Source of the DNA: Oscillospiraceae bacterium | GTDB taxonomy: Bacteria; Bacillota; Clostridia; Oscillospirales; Oscillospiraceae | Assembly: GCA_034927685.1 (NCBI GenBank) | Contig: JAYFPO010000023.1 | Coordinates: 213,967-245,966 of the forward strand | Direction of reading: 5' to 3' | Length of the DNA: 32,000 bases | Part shown: positions 25,655-32,000 of the stretch, piece after piece | Numbering within the stretch: position 1 is the first letter of the stretch | How the letters are laid out: each line of letters opens with the position of its first letter | Made by a program: the position numbers and the translations under genes | Notes under the pieces: generated by a model | The model's database searches: none | Told to the model about the DNA's origin: nothing | The model's input: only the letters and a program-made list of their open reading frames with translations

Positions 25655-26377
25655 CTATCCGATAAACTCGCCGACCTCAAATACCGGTCGCAGGACCTCG
25701 CCGACCTTCTTCATTGCGTCGACCGGGCTCAGATTCCAGTTCGTACTACAGGAGCTTAAAATTTCCACCAAGCAGAACCCTTCGCCGTTTTGCTGCTTTT
25801 CCATGGCCTTTTTCAGCATTTTTTTCGTGTTCCGAATTTCCCGGGGATTCTCCACGGAGCCTCTGGCCAGGTATGCGATTGGCATATGGTGCAGCGTTTT
25901 GACGACATCAAACACAGAGCCGTCCCGCCGCGGGTCGCGGCCCGCGGGCGTGGAGGTCGTCTTCTCCCCTTCCAGCGTTGTGACGGACATCTGCCCGCCG
26001 GTCATGCCGAAACAGGTATTGTTGATGACAACCGCCAGGATATTCTCATTGCGGATGGCACAGTGGATCGTGCTTTCCATACCGATGGAATAGGCCGCGC
26101 CGTCGCCCAGATAGGCGATGACCAGATTGTCCGGCCGGACACGCTTGATCCCGGCCGCCGTCGGCATTGTGCGGCCGTGGGCGCCGCAGATATTGTCAAA
26201 TTTCGTCGTAAAGCAAAGGTTGTAGCCGCAGGCCACATCCAAAGCAAGAATGACCTTCTCCGTCATCCCCAACTCGTCCGCCGCTTCCGCAAGCAGCCGC
26301 GTTGCGATGCCATGGCCACAGCCGGGACACCAGAAATTGACTTCGGGAACCAGAGAGCTTGGCGCTTTCATTTTCAT
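25655..26377 (-). CDS. 2-oxoacid:ferredoxin oxidoreductase, beta (TPP-binding) subunit
   Basis: Start trimmed to MKMKAPSSLVPEVNFWCPGCGHG (AAAGGAG upstream of ATG 26377). TPP motif YLGDGAAYSIG is present. Confidence 0.88.
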   Translation of the reverse strand: MKMKAPSSLVPEVNFWCPGCGHGIATRLLAEAADELGMTEKVILALDVACGYNLCFTTKFDNICGAHGRTMPTAAGIKRVRPDNLVIAYLGDGAAYSIGMESTIHCAIRNENILAVVINNTCFGMTGGQMSVTTLEGEKTTSTPAGRDPRRDGSVFDVVKTLHHMPIAYLARGSVENPREIRNTKKMLKKAMEKQQNGEGFCLVEILSSCSTNWNLSPVDAMKKVGEVLRPVFEVGEFIG

Positions 26378-26391
26378 GGCGATTTCTCCTT

Positions 26392-27453
26392 TCAATACCG
26401 GGAAAGCATATCCCGCGCGATGCCGATGATGTCTTTTGTCGCCGGTACCGTTAGGAAATTGCCATAGCACTCCACGGGATAGTTACAGTTGGTATTCAGC
26501 AGAATATCCTCCCGCATTTTCCCGAGCATGCTCATCTCGACGGAGACAAAGCCTTTCACCTGACTCCCCAGCTGATCGAAGGCCGTCTTCGGGAAGGGCC
26601 AAAGGGTAATCAGCCGGATCAGCCCCAAGCGAATGCCTTCTTTTCTGGCAAGGCGGACCGCCTCCTTGCAGATTCTCGAGCTGATGCCGTAGGCAACCAG
26701 AACGATTTCCGCATCGTCCGTCTGCACGGATTCCCATCGCTGCTCCGTCTCCTCAATCCGCTTCCAGCGCGCGTTCATGATCTCCTGATAGCTGGCATAG
26801 TCGTCCAGCAGGCCATAGACGTTGGCGATTGTAATCTGCTTTTCGCCCTCCCTGCGGCCGCGCACGACGTAGTCGAACTGATTGATATCATGCTCCCTGC
26901 GTTCCGGCAGCTCGACCGGTTCCACCATCTGTCCGATGGTCGCGTCGGAGTTGATGATGACCGGCATCCGGTAGGTTTCCGCCAGGTCAAAGGCCAGTCC
27001 GACCATGTCGGCGCTGTCCTGCACGCTGGCAGGCGCCAGACTGATATGGCGGTAGTCGCCGTGGCCGCCGCCGCGCGTCGCGAGCCAGTATTCTCCCTGG
27101 CTCTGGCTGACCTCGCCCAGACCCGCGCCCGCCCTGGAGACATTGGCGACCACGCACGGAATCTCCGAGGACGCAATATACGAGAGTCCCTCCATCATCA
27201 GGGAGAAGCCCGGGCCGGAGGTCGACGTCATGGCACGCGCGCCCGCGCCGGCGGCGCCAAATACCATATTGATCGCCGAAAGCTCCGACTCCGTCTGCAC
27301 AAAAACGCCGCCATAATCCTGAATCATATGTGCTGCCAGATATTCCAGCACCTCCGATTGCGGTGTGATGGGATAACCGGCAAAAAACCGGCAGCCAAAG
27401 CGCATGGAAGCCTCCGCAAACGCCTCGTTCCCCTTCATGAGTACCTTTGCCAT
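26392..27453 (-). CDS. 2-oxoacid:ferredoxin oxidoreductase, alpha subunit (VorB/KorA-like)
   Basis: MAKVLMKGNEAFAEASMRFGCRFFAGYPITPQSEVLEYL... is the canonical OFOR alpha N-terminus. Length is 353 aa. Confidence 0.9.
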   Translation of the reverse strand: MAKVLMKGNEAFAEASMRFGCRFFAGYPITPQSEVLEYLAAHMIQDYGGVFVQTESELSAINMVFGAAGAGARAMTSTSGPGFSLMMEGLSYIASSEIPCVVANVSRAGAGLGEVSQSQGEYWLATRGGGHGDYRHISLAPASVQDSADMVGLAFDLAETYRMPVIINSDATIGQMVEPVELPERREHDINQFDYVVRGRREGEKQITIANVYGLLDDYASYQEIMNARWKRIEETEQRWESVQTDDAEIVLVAYGISSRICKEAVRLARKEGIRLGLIRLITLWPFPKTAFDQLGSQVKGFVSVEMSMLGKMREDILLNTNCNYPVECYGNFLTVPATKDIIGIARDMLSRY

Positions 27454-27467
27454 CGTTTCACTCCTCC

Positions 27468-27668
27468 CTATCCCAGAATTTCAATGACGTAATCCGGGCA
27501 CATGGTATAGCAGATTCCGCACTGAACGCATTTCTCCTGATCGACCTGCACCACGGGATAACCTTTTGCTCCAACCGTCTCAGAGGGCGACAGCGCGCCC
27601 TGCGGACAATGCTCCACGCAGAGGTAGCAGCCCTTGCAGAGGTTCAGATTCAGTTTGATTCTATCCAT
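27468..27668 (-). CDS. 2-oxoacid:ferredoxin oxidoreductase, delta subunit (2x[4Fe-4S] ferredoxin)
   Basis: 66 aa with CKGCYLCVEHCP and CVQCGICYTMCP. Confidence 0.85.
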   Translation of the reverse strand: MDRIKLNLNLCKGCYLCVEHCPQGALSPSETVGAKGYPVVQVDQEKCVQCGICYTMCPDYVIEILG

Positions 27669-27684
27669 AACGACTCCCCTCTCT

Positions 27685-28794
27685 TCATTCGTCCGGCAGC
27701 AGGCCGTGCTTTTTCATGATTTCCCTGCAGGCCGCCACAAGCGCCCGGTTCTGGTCCATCCGGCCGACGGTGATCCGTGGGAACTGGAAGGTGCCGCGGA
27801 TCACAATGCCGTAGCTGCAAAGCTCGTCGGTCAGTTCCATGGCGTCCATATGCGCATCCGCGTAAATGAAGTTGGACTGCGAGTGATAGACCTTCCAGCC
27901 CATCTTCCCAAATTCTTCTGTCAGGTATTTCCTGCCCTCCGCGATTCCCGCATGTGTCATCGCGACGTACTCCTCGTCGTCGAGGGCGGCGCAGGCTGCA
28001 TCCAGCGAGGACTGCGTCATCGCAAACACGCCGATATTGGAATCGATGATGTTCGCCAGCTCCTGCCTCGCGACCGCATAGCCGATCCGCGCGCCGCCCA
28101 GGCCGTACATCTTTGACAGCGTTTTCATGACGACCACATTATAATCATGGATCATCGGCAGCATGGAGCGATACGCCGGCTCATCCGCAAAATCCAGATA
28201 GGCCTCGTCCACCACAACGATCACATGTTCCGGTACTTTTTTGATAAACGCCTCGAGCTGGTCTCCATTCACCGCCACGCCCGTTGGATTATCCGGATTG
28301 CAGATCCAGACGATTTTCGTCTGATCCGTAATGGCATTGTACATGGCGTCCAGATCCACCTCGTAGTCGGCGGGGTCGAGCTCCAATACAATGGCGTCCG
28401 TCTGCGTACGGTTGGCGTAATACTCATAGCCGAAAGACGGCTCATAGCAGATCATAACATCGCCCGGACGGAGGAAGGACCAGGTGAAGGCATCCTGCAA
28501 ATGCGTGGTGCCGTTGCTGATGGCAAGATTGTCCGGCGTAATCCCATTCCCCAGCTTTTCACAGAGCTTTTGCCGCAGCAGGCGGCTGGATGGTTCCGTA
28601 TAATACTGGATGGTCTCGGCGGACTTTTTCAGCGCCGCGACCGCCTTGGGCGATGGGCCGTAGGGATTCTCGTTGGAGCCCAGACGGATCAGTTCGTCCT
28701 TTCCGCTAAGCTCCCGCACCTTCTGCAAATCCTTGCCCAATTTATACTCCGGTTCTCTGTCGCATCCCTTAATGATGTATTTCTCAATATCCAT
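27685..28794 (-). CDS. HisC-family (class II) PLP-dependent aminotransferase
   Basis: Motifs seen: LGSNENPYGPSP, NPDNPTG, DEAYLDF and KTLSKMYGLGGARIGY (PLP lysine motif). GAGGAG lies 6 nt upstream of the ATG. Confidence 0.88.
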   Translation of the reverse strand: MDIEKYIIKGCDREPEYKLGKDLQKVRELSGKDELIRLGSNENPYGPSPKAVAALKKSAETIQYYTEPSSRLLRQKLCEKLGNGITPDNLAISNGTTHLQDAFTWSFLRPGDVMICYEPSFGYEYYANRTQTDAIVLELDPADYEVDLDAMYNAITDQTKIVWICNPDNPTGVAVNGDQLEAFIKKVPEHVIVVVDEAYLDFADEPAYRSMLPMIHDYNVVVMKTLSKMYGLGGARIGYAVARQELANIIDSNIGVFAMTQSSLDAACAALDDEEYVAMTHAGIAEGRKYLTEEFGKMGWKVYHSQSNFIYADAHMDAMELTDELCSYGIVIRGTFQFPRITVGRMDQNRALVAACREIMKKHGLLPDE

Positions 28795-28806
28795 GCGGTT
28801 CTCCTC

Positions 28807-30204
28807 TCATCGATAGCTTTCCGGAATCAGTTCTTCCAGAATAGCCCGCTGTGCCTGATCCAACTCCGGCGCCTGATATTGCTGGATTCTCTCCCGCCAA
28901 GCCGCTGCCGCCATCGTCTCCGCCGTGGGACATTCTTTGGCGATCCATGCGTTGTGGCCGTCCCGCTGTACCAGCTTCGGCATATAGTAATCCGTGTGAT
29001 AGCTTTTCTGCGTGCGTTCAAAGCTCTGGCCGGTCGGGCCAGTCTTTTTCATCTTCTCGAACATCAGCGTTTCGTCGCTGACGGTATAGCCGCGCAGCAG
29101 CCTCTGAAAGCCCAGAATCCGCTCCTCGTCCAGCAAGAACTTTTCATAGCTGACCGCGTTGTAGGAATCCAGAACCGCCGTGGAATGCAGCATACAGTCC
29201 ACGCCGTTCATGTACGCGGTAAACAGGTTCATGAACGTCTCCGCGCCGCACTGATAGTCCAGCGCCTTGGAATCGGTGTTCGCGTTTCCGCTGTGGACGG
29301 GCAGACCATAGAATTTTCCCATCTGATAGGCGGTCGCACCGGACAGCATGGCCTCAATGCCGCCGTAAGCCGCGGCGGAGGTCATCCGCAGATCGTCCGA
29401 GTCCGTCTTTCCGCTGTAGACCACCGGCGTGCCGGGGCTGATGAGCTGCGTCAGCACCAGGGCGGCCAGAATCATGGCGTTTCCAAGCGTATAGTCGGCC
29501 GCCAAAGACTGCGGTGTCGTGATGCCGAACGACTGGCCCGGGCCGATAATCAGCGGCTGACGCTCTTTGGCGTAGACCATCAGCGCCTCGCACATGGCGG
29601 TATTCAGCCGCATGGGACCCATGGTATCGATCAGGCCGAGGGAAATCGGCTTGTCCTGAACGCCATAAAACCGGCGCATCGCCGAAAGGCCCATTTCCGC
29701 CGCCGCCTTGCCCTCCACCAGGCCCATCATCGGCTTGGTGCAGTACTGGAGCGCGACTCCGATGCGGTATTTCTCGCGCTGCTCGTGGGGAACATAGGAG
29801 ACGTCGATGATGTTGGCGTTGGCGGCTTCCACCACCTGGCTGGTTTCGCAGAGCTTGTGAAAGTTAACAAGATGCTGGTGGCTGCTCTTTTCGTAGTTCC
29901 CATCCACGAGGACATAAATGGGACCGTAGGCGGGCAGCGCATGCGTGCTGCCGTCGCCAACCGTAATCTTGTCGCCGAGTCTGCCATACCAGTCGAAGCT
30001 GCCGGGAACGGTCCGCAGTGCCTCTTCCACCATTTCTTTCTCAATGTACACGGTCTGGCCGTCTACCCTGGCGCCATGGCGGCGGAACACTTCCACAGCC
30101 TCTTCGCAGTGGAACGCCGCACCGATTTCGCTGAGGATTCGCAGGCCGCACTCGTGGATTTTTTCCGGACCGTCCTGACCGCCTATGCCGTAATGCAGTT
30201 TCAT
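28807..30204 (-). CDS. MttB-superfamily (trimethylamine methyltransferase-like) protein, non-pyrrolysine type
   Basis: 465-aa uninterrupted ORF. The N-terminus (...PEKIHECGLRILSEIGAAFHCEEAVEVFRRHGARVDGQTVYIEKEMVEEALRTVP) and overall length match the MttB family pattern. GGGAGG lies 6 nt upstream of the ATG. Confidence 0.8.
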   Translation of the reverse strand: MKLHYGIGGQDGPEKIHECGLRILSEIGAAFHCEEAVEVFRRHGARVDGQTVYIEKEMVEEALRTVPGSFDWYGRLGDKITVGDGSTHALPAYGPIYVLVDGNYEKSSHQHLVNFHKLCETSQVVEAANANIIDVSYVPHEQREKYRIGVALQYCTKPMMGLVEGKAAAEMGLSAMRRFYGVQDKPISLGLIDTMGPMRLNTAMCEALMVYAKERQPLIIGPGQSFGITTPQSLAADYTLGNAMILAALVLTQLISPGTPVVYSGKTDSDDLRMTSAAAYGGIEAMLSGATAYQMGKFYGLPVHSGNANTDSKALDYQCGAETFMNLFTAYMNGVDCMLHSTAVLDSYNAVSYEKFLLDEERILGFQRLLRGYTVSDETLMFEKMKKTGPTGQSFERTQKSYHTDYYMPKLVQRDGHNAWIAKECPTAETMAAAAWRERIQQYQAPELDQAQRAILEELIPESYR

Positions 30205-30221
30205 TAGGAACCTCCCGCCTC

Positions 30222-32000
30222 TTATTTCTCCGTCAACACGATCAAGGCGTCCGCGATGGAGACGCCGTGCTCATATACTTTTACTGGATTCAGGTCCATT
30301 TCCGTCAAATGGTCCCGGTTTTCACTGGCAAACCGGGAGACTGCGGCCATCAGCACCGAGAGCGCGTCCAGGTCCAGCGGCGGCGCGCCGCGATAGCCGG
30401 AGAGCAGCGGGAATGCGCGCAGCGTGCGAATCATCTCCATCGCCTCCGCCCGATTCAAGGGCACGGGGTAAAGCGCCACGTCGTGATAGAGTTCCGCAAA
30501 AATTCCGCCCAGGCCAAGCAGCAGCATCGGGCCGAACTGCGGATCCCGCTTGACGCCCAAAATGACCTCGATCCCCTTCGGCAGCATTTTCTGCACCAGA
30601 ACGCCGTTGACCACGGCTTGCGGCGCCAGTCTGGCAACGCTTTCCCGAATGGAGCGGTAGGCGTCGCGTACTTCCTGCTCGGTTTTCAGATTCAGAGCCA
30701 CGCCGCCGACATCCGATTTATGCGGAATCTCCGCCGACTCCACCTTCAGCACCACAGGAACCCCGATTTCCTTCGCGGCGACAATCGCGTCTTCCTCGCT
30801 CTTCGCCAGGACGCCAAGATCGACCGGAATGCCGGCGGCTTTCAGAAGCATCCGGCTGTCCCATTCGCCGAGCATCCGCGTTTTCCCGGAGGCCCTGGTC
30901 GGCAAGGCCAGGCACAATTCCCGGTGCGCATGGGAATACTGCGCAAAATCGCGCAGATGCCGGAGCACCTGGAACGCATATTGCGTGCATGGCAGCACGG
31001 GAACGCCCAGATTTTCGAACTTGCTCTCCAGGTCCCGGTTGCGCGACATCTCAATGAAGTTCAGGCAGGCAAATGGCTTGTCCGTCTGCGCGAGGGCCTT
31101 TTCAATTCCCTCAAACATGATATAAAAGGAATGGTCGACAATTTCATCCATCAGCGTGAAGCCGAGCAGCACCATATCCACATTGTCGTCCCGCAGCACC
31201 GCCAGCAGGGTCTCCGCCAGCGTATCCGGGTCATAGGCCGGCGTAGCCGTGATATCCAGCGGGTTGTTCTGCGGCGACGCATAAAACGGAAGGAGACCCC
31301 GGAGCTTCTCAACCGTTTCCTCGCTGAAGTCCGCGTAGGTGATCCCTGCCTTGAACCCCTCGTCGGCGCAGATCGCGGTCTCTCCGCCGGAGAGACAGAC
31401 CACGGAAAAGCGACTGCCCTTCGGCAGCGTGCGCATGGTCGCAAAGGCCAGCGAGGTGCTCAGCAGCTCCTGCATGTCGTCCACGCGAAGAACGCCGTAT
31501 TTCCAGAAGAGCGCATCGTACACCGCGTCGGAGCCTGCCATGCTGCCGGTATGTGAGCTGGCAATCTTTCCCGCCCGCGCGCTTTTGCCTACCTTCAGCG
31601 CCACCATCGGCTTCCTTTTGATCGCCGCCTTCCGCAGGCATTTTTCAAAGCGGGCCGGATCATTGACGCCCTCCAGATAGAATGCGACAACTTTGGTATC
31701 GGCATCTTCGATCAGAAAATCCAGGTATTCTTCCAGCGGCACGGCCTTGCTGTTTCCGCAGGAGATACAGTAGGAGAACGTCATATTGGGGCTGTCCATC
31801 AGGGACATGCAGACCTGGCCGCTCTGGGAAACAAAACCGACCTTGCCCTGCCTGTCGCGATGCGGATGCTCGATGGCATAGCAGAACTTCTGGTCCACAT
31901 AGTTCACAAAGCCGCAGCAGTTTGGCCCCATAATCGCGAGGTCCAGCTCTTTGGACAGTCGAACCAGCTCGGCTTCGTCCTGTTTGCCTTCCTCCGTCCC
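30222..32000 (-). CDS. NDP-forming acyl-CoA synthetase (ACD; fused CoA-ligase and ATP-grasp domains), N-terminus outside window
   Basis: The frame stays open to the window edge (GTEEGKQDEAELVRLSKELDLAIMGPNCCG...). Motifs GPNCCG, VSQSG and SSHTGSMAGS (phosphohistidine loop) are present. The C-terminal ATP-grasp region includes VPVVLKVESAEIPHKSDVGGVALNL. Confidence 0.85.
   Translation of the reverse strand, partial: GTEEGKQDEAELVRLSKELDLAIMGPNCCGFVNYVDQKFCYAIEHPHRDRQGKVGFVSQSGQVCMSLMDSPNMTFSYCISCGNSKAVPLEEYLDFLIEDADTKVVAFYLEGVNDPARFEKCLRKAAIKRKPMVALKVGKSARAGKIASSHTGSMAGSDAVYDALFWKYGVLRVDDMQELLSTSLAFATMRTLPKGSRFSVVCLSGGETAICADEGFKAGITYADFSEETVEKLRGLLPFYASPQNNPLDITATPAYDPDTLAETLLAVLRDDNVDMVLLGFTLMDEIVDHSFYIMFEGIEKALAQTDKPFACLNFIEMSRNRDLESKFENLGVPVLPCTQYAFQVLRHLRDFAQYSHAHRELCLALPTRASGKTRMLGEWDSRMLLKAAGIPVDLGVLAKSEEDAIVAAKEIGVPVVLKVESAEIPHKSDVGGVALNLKTEQEVRDAYRSIRESVARLAPQAVVNGVLVQKMLPKGIEVILGVKRDPQFGPMLLLGLGGIFAELYHDVALYPVPLNRAEAMEMIRTLRAFPLLSGYRGAPPLDLDALSVLMAAVSRFASENRDHLTEMDLNPVKVYEHGVSIADALIVLTEK

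Noticed and set aside
28807-30204. In-frame amber (pyrrolysine) codon in the MttB homolog
   Set aside because: The ORF is uninterrupted from ATG 30204 to the stop at 28807. No TAG read-through is needed, so it is a non-Pyl family member.
28147-30207. 686-aa plus-strand ORF, the longest of many long antisense ORFs. Others include 1131-2441, 2494-3690, 9577-10392, 14673-15518, 15322-16272, 16323-17342, 20072-20962, 21254-22057 and 30267-31556.
   Set aside because: Each lies exactly opposite a confidently identified minus-strand gene. They have Arg/Ala/Gly/Pro-rich low-information composition and no SD. They are the expected stop-codon-poor shadow frames of GC-rich coding DNA.

Overview
High-GC Firmicutes chromosomal window. 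It looks Clostridia-like and spore-forming because of spoVAC, but the taxonomy is inference only. From about 1 kb onward every gene is on the minus strand. The core (8904-24534) is a complete, uninterrupted S10-spc-alpha ribosomal supercluster of 32 genes, running rpsJ to rplQ and including secY, adk, map, a KOW protein, infA, rpmJ and rpoA. rpmJ and the true TTG start of infA are absent from the ORF track and were found by reading the sequence. A sigma-A-type promoter and an unusually long leader (about 265 nt) containing an intrinsic terminator precede the cluster. Upstream of it (25090-32000, 5' end outside the window) lies the most unusual content: a tightly packed 7-gene operon. It encodes an NDP-forming acyl-CoA synthetase, a non-pyrrolysine MttB-family methyltransferase, a HisC-type aminotransferase and a four-subunit (delta-alpha-beta-gamma) 2-oxoacid:ferredoxin oxidoreductase. 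Downstream of rplQ are an orphan spoVAC and about 350 nt of unassigned GC-rich non-coding DNA. These are followed by a 1277-aa secreted protein (two BspA-type LRR arrays, one Big_2 domain, 17 cell-wall-binding repeats), a stand-alone processive GT2 synthase and an M20 amidohydrolase. Two plus-strand genes sit at the left edge. I recognised no rRNA, tRNA, CRISPR array, transposase or prophage gene. The many long ORFs opposite real genes are GC-driven shadow ORFs.
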